Below are positions 48,646 to 59,645 of a DNA stretch of 64,000 bases, one piece after another. Each line of letters opens with the position of its first letter. The stretch's first letter is position 1. The notes beneath the pieces were generated by a model that worked only from the letters and a program-made list of their open reading frames with translations, did not search any database and had not been told where the DNA came from. The DNA comes from an uncultured bacterium. Its GTDB lineage: Bacteria; Chlamydiota; Chlamydiia; Chlamydiales; SM23-39. Both the position numbers and the translations under genes were made by a program. The stretch spans positions 896,001 to 960,000 of the forward strand of contig OY970323.1 in assembly GCA_963716985.1 (NCBI GenBank). Reading direction: 5' to 3'.

Positions 48646-49782
48646 ATGGAACGGAGAGAAAGCTTGCATAGAGCTGATAATGACCTGAAAGGAATTACGA
48701 TGCGGACGCACAAGCATTGCCAGTCTTATCGGGTGCGCATTCGGATGAAGGGCGGGCAGTATTTTGACAGGTCCTTCAAATCGAAGACGCTGGCTAAAAA
48801 GTGGAAAAGAGATATGGAATCAGCCATTGAACACGATAGGTACGAATTTACCAACCCTGCAACGAAGCATACTCTTGCAGAATTGATCGATCTGTACATA
48901 GAAAGGGTTCTTCCTTCCAAGCCAAAGAATGCAAAAAATACTCTTCGACATTTGCTTTGGTGGAAGCAAGAGCTTGGCCATCTCTTGTTGGCTCAGATAA
49001 GACCGAGCCTGATCGCTGAAAAGCGAGATGAATTGCTTGCAGGTTTTGTTAGGGATGGCAAGCTGCGCTCTCCCTCTACTGTTGTGCGCTATTTGAGCAG
49101 CCTCTCGCATGTCTTTTCAAAGGCTGTCAAAGAGTGGGAATGGCTGAGAGAAAACCCCGTCTTCAAGATTGAAAAGCCGAGACAAGCACAGGGACGCAAG
49201 CGGGTTTTAGATGAAGTAGAGCAAAAGAGGCTTCTACAGGCATGCGAAGAGAGTTGTTCAAAGGACTTGTTTTTGGTTGTCGCTCTTGCACTTGGTACAG
49301 GAATGCGCAAAGGAGAAATTATGAGCCTTCGATGGAAGGACATCAACTTTAGCGATGAGAAGGCGATTATCTTCTTGGAGAAGACCAAAAATGGCAGGCC
49401 GCGATCGATTCTTATCACAGGACTGTTATTGAACCTTTTACAGAATCGCCGAGCAAATCAGCGAGGGGATAGTCTTCTCTTTCCTTCCCCCAATTGTCCA
49501 AGTCGACCTATTGATATTAGATCCGCTTGGGAAAAGGCTTTGGATAAGGCTGGCATAGAGGGATTTGTTTTTCATGGGTTGCGCCATCAGGCTGCTTCCT
49601 GTGCAGCCACCATCGAAAATAACCCGTTGGTCATCGGAGAACTGCTCGGTCATAAAACGCTTCAAATGACAAGGCACTATGTTCATCTTCCTAGCGTGCA
49701 CATGCATGCAATGGTGGAGGCTCTTCAAACCAAAGTTTTTCAAAATTATCGGGAGGTCAAAAATGAGCAACCCAGAAAGTAA
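48646..49782 (+). CDS. Tyrosine recombinase/integrase (IntA')
   Basis: Same catalytic motifs as 12289-13434. Confidence 0.95.
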   Translation: MERRESLHRADNDLKGITMRTHKHCQSYRVRIRMKGGQYFDRSFKSKTLAKKWKRDMESAIEHDRYEFTNPATKHTLAELIDLYIERVLPSKPKNAKNTLRHLLWWKQELGHLLLAQIRPSLIAEKRDELLAGFVRDGKLRSPSTVVRYLSSLSHVFSKAVKEWEWLRENPVFKIEKPRQAQGRKRVLDEVEQKRLLQACEESCSKDLFLVVALALGTGMRKGEIMSLRWKDINFSDEKAIIFLEKTKNGRPRSILITGLLLNLLQNRRANQRGDSLLFPSPNCPSRPIDIRSAWEKALDKAGIEGFVFHGLRHQAASCAATIENNPLVIGELLGHKTLQMTRHYVHLPSVHMHAMVEALQTKVFQNYREVKNEQPRK

Positions 49783-50491
49783 ACTACTCCCGACTCGAGA
49801 GTTTTGGAGATCCGAGCTTTTGACCGAAGAAGAGATCTATAAGAGTTTGAAAGATGATTATTGGACCGCCAGAACAGCAGCCTACTACATTTTGGGTCTA
49901 AAAGCTCCTGATTTAGAAAGCCTTCAAGAGGAAAAAAAACTCTGCCCTGACTTCGAAAAGTATCATGACCTCTTCGAGGAATGCTTTAAAAAGGGGAAAA
50001 TAGCAGTTCACTCCTACTGCTTGGAATATGGAAAAACAGTCTGCACAGCTCTTCCTGTTGACTGGCTGAAGCTCGTTCATAAAGGCAGGCTGAAGGACGA
50101 TGCAATCGAAGATAGGGGCGTTAAAAGAGATGGGCTTTATGTGGCTCCAGCACTTACCGCAGCATGGCTTCTAATGCAAGGAAAAGCCGTCTTTTCAAAG
50201 AGGCGGCCTGCTCAAGAGCGGGAAGACATGCTTTTTTCTTGGAGTGCAGCAAGAAAGCTGAGAAAGAATTTTTCAAATCTTTCAACTCGTCAGATGGCGC
50301 AAATCATCTATAAGCATTGTTCTAAGCTCCAGAAATATCCCTTCAAGACCGTGTATGGCTGGGTAATTGATTCAGCGACACCCATGAATGAGGTTCCTCA
50401 GCAGCAGAGACGGGATAGAAATGGCCGTCCCAAAAAAGACAGCTATACAAAGCTTGTTTTTGATTTTGCTTCGTATTTCAACGATCTCTAA
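49763..50491 (+). CDS. Hypothetical integrase-associated protein (copy 2)
   Basis: ATG at 49763 after GGGAGG gives 242 aa, the same length as copy 1. Confidence 0.75.
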   Translation: MSNPESKLLPTREFWRSELLTEEEIYKSLKDDYWTARTAAYYILGLKAPDLESLQEEKKLCPDFEKYHDLFEECFKKGKIAVHSYCLEYGKTVCTALPVDWLKLVHKGRLKDDAIEDRGVKRDGLYVAPALTAAWLLMQGKAVFSKRRPAQEREDMLFSWSAARKLRKNFSNLSTRQMAQIIYKHCSKLQKYPFKTVYGWVIDSATPMNEVPQQQRRDRNGRPKKDSYTKLVFDFASYFNDL

Positions 50492-50610
50492 TCCACTCAT
50501 ACTCAATGAATTTTGTGTGTTTTCCACCGAAGACATTTTTTAATCGCGGCAAGTTGCCATAAAATACGGTTATTTAATTCAAACTGCGAGCAATGCAGAA
50601 GGAGAACGAC

Positions 50611-50910
50611 ATGAGAAACGATAGACAAGATTCTAAAAAGAGTACTGAGGGAACGGGGGATGAGCCAAAGCAAACGCGCTTCATTCCTGCTTCCAAATGG
50701 AATGAGTTTCACGAATGGCCTCCCGTTGGAGGGATGCGCCATCTGATCTTTTTCCGTAATGACAACGGATTTGCCAAAGTCTTAAAGCGGCCCAATAGGA
50801 CATGGCTGATCGATGAAAAGGCTTTCTTCAAGTGGGTCTCAGAAAGGAAATATAAGCCCCGCAAAAGAGACCTGGAAAGCCTTGTTACTGCAAAAACGTC
50901 ATCTGAATAG
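50611..50910 (+). CDS. Excisionase-like protein (copy 2)
   Basis: Near-identical to 14260-14559; AAGGAG RBS. Confidence 0.7.
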   Translation: MRNDRQDSKKSTEGTGDEPKQTRFIPASKWNEFHEWPPVGGMRHLIFFRNDNGFAKVLKRPNRTWLIDEKAFFKWVSERKYKPRKRDLESLVTAKTSSE

Positions 50911-50918
50911 GCCGTAGG

Positions 50919-51965
50919 ATGTCGAAGAATGGATTCATAAAGCTGTATCGCGAAGGGCTCGAGTTGCTTGAAGCCAGCCCATCAGCCTTTTTGCTTTTGG
51001 CTTTGATTGCATTCCGTGCTAGGCGAACGGGATCAACGTATTCAACGCATAAGCTGAAGATGAATGAAGCAGTTATCGGAGATCATGAGACGATTGGTTT
51101 GACCAGGCAGCAGTATAGAGGTGCTATGGAGAAGCTGGAAAAATATGGGCTCGCGGTTTTCAAAAGAGATAAGAGAGGAACGATTGCGACTCTGATCAGT
51201 ACGGCCATCTTCGATATCAACGCAGAATCAGAAGAAGATGCCTTAACCGACAAGCAGCCATTTCAGAACCTTTTAGGAGCCATTCAGCAACCAACTGACA
51301 ACCACAAAGCAACCATGTTGGAACCATCTGAACAACCATCAGATTTGTCTATGGAAAATCGAAGGGAGCAACCATCTGAACAACCAACCCGTAACCATCA
51401 AGCAACCACAAGAGAACCAGAAAGGAACCAGTTCGCAACCACAGGGCAGCCACTAACAAAGAAAGAAGAAAAAGAAGAAGAAAGGGCAGCAGCAGCTTTT
51501 TCGCACACTTTCTTCAAATGCTTGGACGGTTTGGATCTGAGCGATCAGGAAAAACGTTCTCTAATGCGCTACGGAGAGAGACGAGTCGCTCATGCTGTCG
51601 AATTTGTGAAGAGGAAGCAAGATGTGGATAGCGTCATTGGGATGTTGACATGGGTATGCCAACAACCAGAACTGCCCGAGCTTCCGCGAGAGAAACGGAA
51701 AAATCTGACTCCACAGCAAAAGCTTGCTCTGGAATACAATCGGTTTTTGGAGAGCAACGGGTATCCCGCGTTAGCTAAGCAAAATGAGGAGACGATTCCC
51801 AATGACAAAATGATGATTTTAGAGCTTGGAAGACCAATGTCCATCGTCTTGAATCATTCTCTTCTAACGCTGCAAGATGATTTTGGTAAGTCCAAAGACG
51901 AAATTTTGAAAAGTCAGCGGATTGTTCGGGAGCTTCAGGGTGACAAATTGTCGCCGGTTCGGTAG
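50919..51965 (+). CDS. Rep-like protein (copy 2)
   Basis: Near-identical to 14568-15614. Confidence 0.6.
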   Translation: MSKNGFIKLYREGLELLEASPSAFLLLALIAFRARRTGSTYSTHKLKMNEAVIGDHETIGLTRQQYRGAMEKLEKYGLAVFKRDKRGTIATLISTAIFDINAESEEDALTDKQPFQNLLGAIQQPTDNHKATMLEPSEQPSDLSMENRREQPSEQPTRNHQATTREPERNQFATTGQPLTKKEEKEEERAAAAFSHTFFKCLDGLDLSDQEKRSLMRYGERRVAHAVEFVKRKQDVDSVIGMLTWVCQQPELPELPREKRKNLTPQQKLALEYNRFLESNGYPALAKQNEETIPNDKMMILELGRPMSIVLNHSLLTLQDDFGKSKDEILKSQRIVRELQGDKLSPVR

Positions 51966-52278
51966 GGCAAATCGGGGAGGCTTTAGGGAGGGTTTTGCGG
52001 AGCTAATAAAAAGGGGGATTTTTCTGAAAAACCCACCCTTATTTATTGAAAATATCTGTTACATTATAAGCTAATGTAGCTCCGCGAAATCCCATCCTAT
52101 TTGGGTTATTACCTTTTTCCTCGGATGTCATAGCTTTTGTATGACGACACAAGTTCTTTAAAATAAACAAAATAAACCTACAGAAAAAAAATTGACTTTT
52201 TTCACTTTTTATATCAGAAGGAAGAAAAGATAGACTATTTGTTATGCAGTCTTATTTAACACATTTTGAGGTATATGT

Positions 52279-53637
52279 TTGTTTGATTGGCTGCGTCCCG
52301 CATCTTTTCCCAAGGAAATCAAAGATGAAACCTTGGTCAAATCACAATATAAGTACTGGCGCATTCGAACTTTTTATGGAATGTATATTGGATATGCCTT
52401 CTATTACTTCACCCGCAAAAGCTTTACTTTTGCGATCCCTTCAATGCTCGATTATGGTTTTACCCTTTCTGAATTAGGGATTTTAGGAACCATCCTCTCC
52501 ATTATTTATGGTTTTAGCAAATTTATCAGCGGAATTTTTGGCGACCGGACAAATCCTCGCTATTTTATGTCCATAGGTCTGATTTTAACAGGCTTCTGCA
52601 ATATCTGTTTCGGACTGTCTTCAACGTGGGTCCTCCTAGCTCTTTTTTGGGGTCTAAATGCCTGGTTCCAGGGTTGGGGATGGCCTGGGTGCGCTAAATT
52701 GCTCACACATTGGTACTCTCAATCGGAAAGAGGAACCTGGTGGAGCTTATGGAATACCTCTCATAACGTAGGCGGAGCCATCATACCTTTGCTCGCTGCC
52801 TTCTGCGTCCAATGCTATGGGTGGCGATTTGCTATGTTCATCCCAGGGATCCTTTGTATTTTGATCGGATTTTTCCTGATGAATCGCCTGCGTGATATTC
52901 CCCAGTCATTAGGGCTTCCTCCGATTGAAAAATTCAGAGGAGAAGTTTGTCAATCGGCTCTCGGAGATGAGACAAAAAACGCTCTACCCATCCGAGAGCT
53001 TCTTTTTAAATATGTTCTTTCTAATAAGTACATTTGGCTCATGGCTTTCGCCTATTTTTTCATCTATATCATACGGACTGGTTTTAATGACTGGTGCATG
53101 GTCTATCTCATTAAGTTTAAAGGCTACTCAGACATGAAAGCCGCAGCCTGTATCCTTTGCTTTGAAATAGGAGGTTTTTTAGGAAGCCTTTTTGCAGGTT
53201 GGTCCTCCGATAAACTATTCGACGGCAAACGCAATCCAGTGAATGTTCTTTTTGCCCTTGGAGCAACCGTGATGCTTCTCGCCATGCATTGGAATGGGAT
53301 GAATTTTCCCTTTTTGGATGGAATCATCATTTTTTTCATCGGTTTTTTTATCTTCGGTCCCCAGATGCTCATTGGGATGGTTGCAGCAGAGCTTACCCAT
53401 AAAAAGGCGGCGGCTACTTCAAGTGGGTTTGCTGGATGTTTTGCATACATAGGCGCTGCCATGGCTGGGGGCCCTCTCGGAAGTCTGATCAGCGCTTGGG
53501 GATGGGACTGTTTTTTTGCCATTTTATGTGCGTGCGGGATTCTAGCCATTGCCTTGATGTCGCCGCTTTGGTCTATCAAAACCACTCCTGAGACAACTTT
53601 GCAAGAAGATGAAAACACAGCCGAGGAGAAAACATGA
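52279..53637 (+). CDS. uhpC: Hexose-phosphate transporter (MFS, OPA family)
   Basis: YKYWRIR, FYYFTRKSF, WYSQSERGTWW...SHNVGG and GPQMLIG motifs. Confidence 0.9.
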   Translation: MFDWLRPASFPKEIKDETLVKSQYKYWRIRTFYGMYIGYAFYYFTRKSFTFAIPSMLDYGFTLSELGILGTILSIIYGFSKFISGIFGDRTNPRYFMSIGLILTGFCNICFGLSSTWVLLALFWGLNAWFQGWGWPGCAKLLTHWYSQSERGTWWSLWNTSHNVGGAIIPLLAAFCVQCYGWRFAMFIPGILCILIGFFLMNRLRDIPQSLGLPPIEKFRGEVCQSALGDETKNALPIRELLFKYVLSNKYIWLMAFAYFFIYIIRTGFNDWCMVYLIKFKGYSDMKAAACILCFEIGGFLGSLFAGWSSDKLFDGKRNPVNVLFALGATVMLLAMHWNGMNFPFLDGIIIFFIGFFIFGPQMLIGMVAAELTHKKAAATSSGFAGCFAYIGAAMAGGPLGSLISAWGWDCFFAILCACGILAIALMSPLWSIKTTPETTLQEDENTAEEKT

Positions 53638-54887
53638 AAGTTGCGACCATCATTCTTGCAGGTGGACAAGGAACCAGGCTTCAACCCCTAACAACCCATC
53701 ACTCCAAACCGGCCGTATCCTATGGGGGACGCTACCGCTTGATCGATATTCCCATTTCCAATTCAATCAATTCTGATTTTCGCCAAATTTTTGTAATCAC
53801 CCAATATCTTCCCGAAGAACTACACCATCATATTCACCAAACGTATCGATTTGATACCAAACACCCTGGCTCTCTAGAAATTTTGTCTCCGCAAAAAAAT
53901 CTCAATGGCGAATTGCAGCTATATGCAGGAACAGCTGATGCTGTAAGGAAAAATTTACCTTCCATTCTTAATTCTCCCGCTGACTATTTCCTCATCCTCT
54001 CAGGAGATCAGCTTTATAATATCAATTTTCAGGAAATGATCCAATTTGCCAAATCCAAAAATGCCGAATTGACGATTGCCTCTCTGCCAGTCTCTGAAAA
54101 AGATGCACGAAGGATGGGCCTTCTCAATATTGATCCTCAAAATAAAGTGATTGATTTCATAGAGAAACCCCAAGATCCGCAAGTACTTTGTAAGTTTGAA
54201 CTGTCGAATCGGTTTTTTGAGAATTTCCAAATCTCTCCGCCACTAACTCCTTGTTACCTCGGATCTATGGGGATTTACGTCTTTACAAGAGAGGCCCTTT
54301 GCTCTCTTCTTCATGCCGATCAACGTCATGATTTTGGCTATCATTTAATCACGACGGCCGTCAAAAAAGGAAATACGGTAGCCTATGTTTATAAAGGCTA
54401 TTGGGAAGATATAGGCACAGTAGCGTCTTACTATGAGGCCAATCTTTGCCTTGCTCAATCAGGCAAGGGACTCAACACATATGATCAGAAAAACCCGATC
54501 TATGCCCGTCCAACCTTTCTTCCAGGGCCAAAAATAAAAAGCGCTAAGATCTCTCAATCTATCATCTGCGAAGGGTGCGTCATAGAAGCGGAGGAGATCT
54601 CAAATAGCATCATTGGATTTCGCTCGCATATTAAACAAGGATCGATCATTCGAGATACGATTATGATGGGAAATCACCTTTGCGATGCAACAGGGGTAGA
54701 TTATTGGATTGGAGAAGATTGCCATATTGAAAAAACGATCATTGATGAACGGGTTCAAATCGGCGATCGGGTGAGAATAACGAATCAAAACAAACACGTT
54801 ACTTTTGATGGAGAAGGGATCTTTGTACGCGATGGGATCACAATCATCACAGCAGGGGCAAAAATTCCCGATGGGTATGAGTTTTAA
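53634..54887 (+). CDS. glgC: Glucose-1-phosphate adenylyltransferase
   Basis: ILAGGQGTRL.PLT, KPAV..GGRYRLID, GTADAV, LSGDQLY and YWEDIGT. Confidence 0.95.
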   Translation: MKVATIILAGGQGTRLQPLTTHHSKPAVSYGGRYRLIDIPISNSINSDFRQIFVITQYLPEELHHHIHQTYRFDTKHPGSLEILSPQKNLNGELQLYAGTADAVRKNLPSILNSPADYFLILSGDQLYNINFQEMIQFAKSKNAELTIASLPVSEKDARRMGLLNIDPQNKVIDFIEKPQDPQVLCKFELSNRFFENFQISPPLTPCYLGSMGIYVFTREALCSLLHADQRHDFGYHLITTAVKKGNTVAYVYKGYWEDIGTVASYYEANLCLAQSGKGLNTYDQKNPIYARPTFLPGPKIKSAKISQSIICEGCVIEAEEISNSIIGFRSHIKQGSIIRDTIMMGNHLCDATGVDYWIGEDCHIEKTIIDERVQIGDRVRITNQNKHVTFDGEGIFVRDGITIITAGAKIPDGYEF

Positions 54888-54999
54888 AATAAGGTAATTC
54901 ATTTGTACGCGTTCAGAGAATAAGATCAAGAAATACTGTTACAAGCTCCAACGATAAGCTTCGCATCCGCGGAGATGATGTTGCCCAAACGGAGACGAT

Positions 55000-56109
55000 C
55001 TAGGTCTCCGGGGATAAGTTTTTCCAACATTCCCTAGCGATCTCAAATGCTTCTTGTGTATGGATCAAAAGGACTTTAACTTTTGAATCAGAAGAAGAAA
55101 GTACGCGGTCTTCGGGAGCTTTTGATTGATGTTTAGAGAGATGAATCCCTAGAAAAGCAAACGAATCGCAGACTTGCTGTCTGATAGGAAAAGCATTTTC
55201 TCCAATTCCTCCAGTGAAAACAAGGGCATCTATGCCGCCAAGCGTTGCTATCATCGATCCAATCAGCGAGACTAGCCGATGAACATAGATATCGATCGCG
55301 AGTCTGGCTCGTGCATTGCCTTGGCTTGCTTTGTCTAAAATATCGCGCATATCGCTTGATATCCCAGAAATACCTAGCAACCCTGATTCTTCATAGAGTT
55401 CTTTTGAGAGTTCATCAGGAGTCTTGTCTTTAGATAGATAGAGAAGAATGCCGGGATCGACAGTGCCGGAGCGAGTATCCATCATTAAGCCTTCCAATGG
55501 AGTAAATCCCATCGTGGTATCGATGCTTTTCCCATTCTTAAGGGCGCAAAGAGAAGCTCCAGAGCCTAAATGGCAAATCACCAGTTTAGGGTGTTCTTGT
55601 TCTAAAAAATGCTTCGCCCTTCTCGAACAATATTGAAAACTGGTTCCATGGAACCCAAATCTCTGAATCCCTTCCTCAAACCACTTGTATGGACCAGGAT
55701 AAATAGCTGCATAGGCTGGCATCGTGTGATGAAAAGCCGTATCAAAAACAGCTATCTGCGGAATGTCTGGAAAGAGCTGCTCTAAAATCTCGATTCCTTC
55801 AAGGTCCGCCAAATTATGGAGGGGAGCGAGATCGGCAAGTTTGCGGATTTCCTTTTTTACTTCATTGTCAATCAAGACGCTTGTTTGGTACTTTTTGCCG
55901 CCATGAACAATCCGGTGGCCAATACAACGGATCTCTTTATCCGCAAGGAGGGATTTAAGCTCCTTTTTGATTGAGCCCTTTGTTTGAATGTTTTTCCATT
56001 CAATTTTGTCTTCCCAAATTGGATCAACCAGTTTATCTGGAAAGTTTGCAAAATCGTATATGCAGCATTTTATACTGCTCGATCCTCTATTTAAGACTAA
56101 TATTTTCAT
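55000..56109 (-). CDS. ackA: Acetate kinase
   Basis: [29 protein letters not shown] and MGFTPLEG. Confidence 0.95.
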   Translation of the reverse strand: MKILVLNRGSSSIKCCIYDFANFPDKLVDPIWEDKIEWKNIQTKGSIKKELKSLLADKEIRCIGHRIVHGGKKYQTSVLIDNEVKKEIRKLADLAPLHNLADLEGIEILEQLFPDIPQIAVFDTAFHHTMPAYAAIYPGPYKWFEEGIQRFGFHGTSFQYCSRRAKHFLEQEHPKLVICHLGSGASLCALKNGKSIDTTMGFTPLEGLMMDTRSGTVDPGILLYLSKDKTPDELSKELYEESGLLGISGISSDMRDILDKASQGNARARLAIDIYVHRLVSLIGSMIATLGGIDALVFTGGIGENAFPIRQQVCDSFAFLGIHLSKHQSKAPEDRVLSSSDSKVKVLLIHTQEAFEIARECWKNLSPET

Positions 56110-56161
56110 GTTTCACAAATATCACAAAATAAGTCAGTATGCGAGAAAAAAGGCTATTATC

Positions 56162-58522
56162 ATGTCAGCGCCCCTCTCTAAAGATCTCTTGCAAAAAATG
56201 AACGCCTATTGGCGTGCTGCGAACTATCTATCGGTCGGTCAGATTTACCTATACGACAATCCTCTGCTGAAGCGGGAACTAGTATTGTCTGATGTGAAGC
56301 CGTTGGTTGTAGGTCACTGGGGGACAACGCCGGGGCAGAACTTCATCTATGTGCATTTGAATCGGGTTATCAAGAAATACGATCTGAATATGTTCTATAT
56401 CGCCGGTCCTGGCCATGGCGGCCCGGCATTGGTGGGAAATACTTACCTCGAAGGTTCTTATACTGAGATTTATCCGGACATAAGCCAAGACGAAGATGGA
56501 ATGAAAAAGCTGTTCACGCAATTTTCGTTTCCTGGGGGAATTTCAAGTCACGTTGCTCCAACGACTCCAGGTTCAATCCACGAAGGGGGCGAGTTGGGGT
56601 ATTCTCTTAGTCATGCTTTCGGAGCTGTGTTCGACAATCCTGATCTTGTCGTGGCTTGCGTAATTGGCGACGGCGAAGCAGAAACTGGCCCCTTGGCAAC
56701 TGCATGGCAGTCCAATAAATTTCTTGACCCAATTACCGATGGAGCTGTGCTGCCCATCCTGCACCTCAATGGTTTCAAGATCAGCAATCCAACTGTCCTG
56801 TCCCGCATTGAACATGAGGAACTTGAGAAATTTTTCCAAGGCTGTGGTTGGACGCCTTATTTTGTGGAAGGGGATGATCCAGAGATAATGCATCAACTCA
56901 TGGCAGAAATTTTAGACAAGGCCGTTGAAGAGATTCGACAAATCCAAAGAAACGCGCGCGCGAACAATGACACCACTCGGCGTCGTTGGCCGATGATTGT
57001 CCTGAGGTCGCCTAAAGGTTGGACAGGGCCAAAATTTGTCGATGGTCTGAAAATTGAGGGGACATTTAGAGCACATCAAGTACCTCTTTTGGTAAATCCC
57101 GAGCATCCTGAGCATGTTCAACTGCTGGAAACCTGGATGAAAAGCTACAAGGCAGAAGAACTATTCGATGAGAATGGGAGACTTATTCCAGAATTGGCTG
57201 AGCTAGCGCCGAAGGGTAATCAACGGATGGGCGCTAATCCTCACGCTAATGGCGGTATTTTATTACGCGATTTGCGAATGCCAGACTTTCACGATCACGC
57301 GGTGAATGTGCCGTCCCCTGGCGCTGTAAATGCCGAAGACACTCTAGTTCTGGGCAATTTCCTTCGCGACGTGGCCAAGCTGAATCAGGATCAACGCAAT
57401 TTCCGCGTTTTCGGACCTGATGAGACTCTTTCGAATCTCTTGGGAGCAGTCTTTGAGGTCACCAATCGTCAGTGGGATGCTCGGGAAGTAAAAAATGATG
57501 AGTTCCTTGCTCCACAAGGACAAGTGCTTGATTCGATGCTGAGTGAGCACCAGTGCGAGGGGTGGTTGGAAGGCTATTTGCTAACAGGGCGCCACGGGCT
57601 GTTCAACAGCTATGAGGCGTTCATTCGGATCGTCGATTCGATGTTCAGCCAGCATGCCAAGTGGCTAAAAGTATGCTTAGAACTTCCTTGGCGTCGGAAG
57701 ATCTCATCGCTGAACTACCTGCTCGCCTCTCATGTCTGGCAGCAGGATCACAACGGTTTCACGCATCAGGATCCAGGCTTTCTTGACCATGTGATCAATA
57801 AGAAGGCCACGATTGTGCGCGTTTACTTACCGCCCGATGCCAACTGCCTACTATCAGTCTTTGATCATTGCTTGCGCAGTCGAAATTATGTCAATGTGGT
57901 GGTGGCTGGAAAACACCCACTCCCTCAATGGCTGAACATGGACGCTGCGGTGATCCATTGCACAGAGGGAATTGGGATCTGGCAATGGGCTAGTAACGAC
58001 CAGAATGATGAGCCTGACGTAGTGATGGGCTGCTGCGGAGATACTCCAACGCTCGAGGTTTTAGCTGCTGTTTCAATCCTTCGAGAACATCTGCCCGATC
58101 TGAAAATCAGGGTAGTCAATGTTGTCGATCTGATGAAACTACAGCCTCAAAGCGAGCATCCGCATGGACTTTCCGACAAAGATTACGATTCGCTTTTCAC
58201 AAAAGATAAGCACATCATCTTTAATTTCCATGGATACCCATGGCTGATCCATCGACTAACTTATCGTCGAAACAACCGCAATCTCCATGTTAGAGGCTAT
58301 AAAGAAGAAGGTACAATCACGACTCCGTTTGATTTGAGAGTGCAAAATGATATCGATCGGTTCCACCTGGTGCAAGACGTGGTTGATCGCTTACCACATT
58401 TAGGCGGCAAGGGATCCTATCTAAAGCAGATGATGCAAGATAAGCTGATCGAGCATAAGCACTACGTAGACAAGCACGGTCAAGATATGCCCGAAATCCG
58501 GAACTGGAAATGGGGTCAATAA
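56162..58522 (+). CDS. xfp: Phosphoketolase (XFP/XPK family)
   Basis: [24 protein letters not shown] and QDHNGFTHQ. The ATG at 56162 is preferred because the longer ORF overlaps ackA. Confidence 0.95.
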   Translation: MSAPLSKDLLQKMNAYWRAANYLSVGQIYLYDNPLLKRELVLSDVKPLVVGHWGTTPGQNFIYVHLNRVIKKYDLNMFYIAGPGHGGPALVGNTYLEGSYTEIYPDISQDEDGMKKLFTQFSFPGGISSHVAPTTPGSIHEGGELGYSLSHAFGAVFDNPDLVVACVIGDGEAETGPLATAWQSNKFLDPITDGAVLPILHLNGFKISNPTVLSRIEHEELEKFFQGCGWTPYFVEGDDPEIMHQLMAEILDKAVEEIRQIQRNARANNDTTRRRWPMIVLRSPKGWTGPKFVDGLKIEGTFRAHQVPLLVNPEHPEHVQLLETWMKSYKAEELFDENGRLIPELAELAPKGNQRMGANPHANGGILLRDLRMPDFHDHAVNVPSPGAVNAEDTLVLGNFLRDVAKLNQDQRNFRVFGPDETLSNLLGAVFEVTNRQWDAREVKNDEFLAPQGQVLDSMLSEHQCEGWLEGYLLTGRHGLFNSYEAFIRIVDSMFSQHAKWLKVCLELPWRRKISSLNYLLASHVWQQDHNGFTHQDPGFLDHVINKKATIVRVYLPPDANCLLSVFDHCLRSRNYVNVVVAGKHPLPQWLNMDAAVIHCTEGIGIWQWASNDQNDEPDVVMGCCGDTPTLEVLAAVSILREHLPDLKIRVVNVVDLMKLQPQSEHPHGLSDKDYDSLFTKDKHIIFNFHGYPWLIHRLTYRRNNRNLHVRGYKEEGTITTPFDLRVQNDIDRFHLVQDVVDRLPHLGGKGSYLKQMMQDKLIEHKHYVDKHGQDMPEIRNWKWGQ

Positions 58523-58526
58523 AGAT

Positions 58527-59645
58527 ATGAAAGACAATCCCTTAAAGAAAGTGGGAGTTCTCGGTCAGTCAATCTGGCTCGACTATATCAGACGAGATCT
58601 CCTCGTCAGTGGAGAACTCAAACGTATGATTAAGGAGGACGGACTGCGGGGGATGACCTCGAATCCTTCCATCTTTGAGAAGGCTATTGCTGACAGCCAT
58701 GATTACGATAAGGATATTCAAGTTATGGTACGTGAGGGAAAAGACGTAAAGGCCATCTATGAATCTATCAGTCAGCAAGACGTACGAAGCGCCGCTGATC
58801 AGTTCCGTCCTTTGTATAACGAGACTGAAGGAAAAGATGGATATGTAAGTCTAGAGGTCAATCCTCACCTAGCGCACGACACTAAAGGCACAATCGAAGA
58901 GGCGAGGAAGTTATGGGCTGCGCTGAACAGGCCCAACGTCTTAATCAAGGTACCAGCGACTAAAGAAGGGCTGCCTGTCATCCAGCAACTCATCAGCGAA
59001 GGAATCAACGTCAATGTTACGTTGCTTTTTGGGATCCCTCGCTATCGTCAAGTTGTGGAAGCTTATCTTAAAGGCATCGAAGCGCGCGCGAACCAAGAAA
59101 AACCTGTAAAGATGGTGGCCTCTGTGGCTAGCTTCTTTTTGAGTCGCATCGATGTGTTGGTCGATCCCATGCTCGAAAAATTCATCGTTAAAGGTGGCAA
59201 AGATGCAGAATTAGCAAAAATGCTACATGGACAGATTGCTATCGCCAGTGCGAAGGCGGCCTATCAAATCTACAAGGAACTATTCGATAGTGTTCGGTTT
59301 AAGAAATTAGCTGATCAGGGAGCCTTTACTCAGAGGCTTCTCTGGGCTAGCACCAGCACGAAGAATCCGAAGTATAGCGATGTGTTATACATCGACTCCC
59401 TGATCGGAAAGGACACCATAAACACTATTCCGCTCGAAACTCTCGATGCGTATCGCGACCATGGCAATCCAAAAGATCGTATCGAACAAGAGGTTGTGAA
59501 GGCTCAATGGATGTTAGATCAATTGCCAAACTTAAGTATCAGCATCGATCATTTAACACAGCAGCTTGAAAACGAAGGAGTTGAAAAGTTTAGCATTTCC
59601 TTTGATAAACTGATGAAAGCCTTGGAAAAAGCGGTGCAAAAGTGA
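58527..59645 (+). CDS. tal: Transaldolase
   Basis: [27 protein letters not shown] and QRLLWAST. Confidence 0.95.
   Translation: MKDNPLKKVGVLGQSIWLDYIRRDLLVSGELKRMIKEDGLRGMTSNPSIFEKAIADSHDYDKDIQVMVREGKDVKAIYESISQQDVRSAADQFRPLYNETEGKDGYVSLEVNPHLAHDTKGTIEEARKLWAALNRPNVLIKVPATKEGLPVIQQLISEGINVNVTLLFGIPRYRQVVEAYLKGIEARANQEKPVKMVASVASFFLSRIDVLVDPMLEKFIVKGGKDAELAKMLHGQIAIASAKAAYQIYKELFDSVRFKKLADQGAFTQRLLWASTSTKNPKYSDVLYIDSLIGKDTINTIPLETLDAYRDHGNPKDRIEQEVVKAQWMLDQLPNLSISIDHLTQQLENEGVEKFSISFDKLMKALEKAVQK

Larger units (their letters stand above)
48531..52040 (+). mobile_element. Module A copy 2: integrase-hypothetical-Xis-like-Rep
   Basis: Direct repeat of ~12175-15690; boundaries approximate. Confidence 0.85.

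Noticed and set aside
52244..52290. Frameshifted uhpC start (atgtttgtttgattgg)
   Set aside because: The TTG at 52279 has a well-spaced GAGG and gives a full-length protein.
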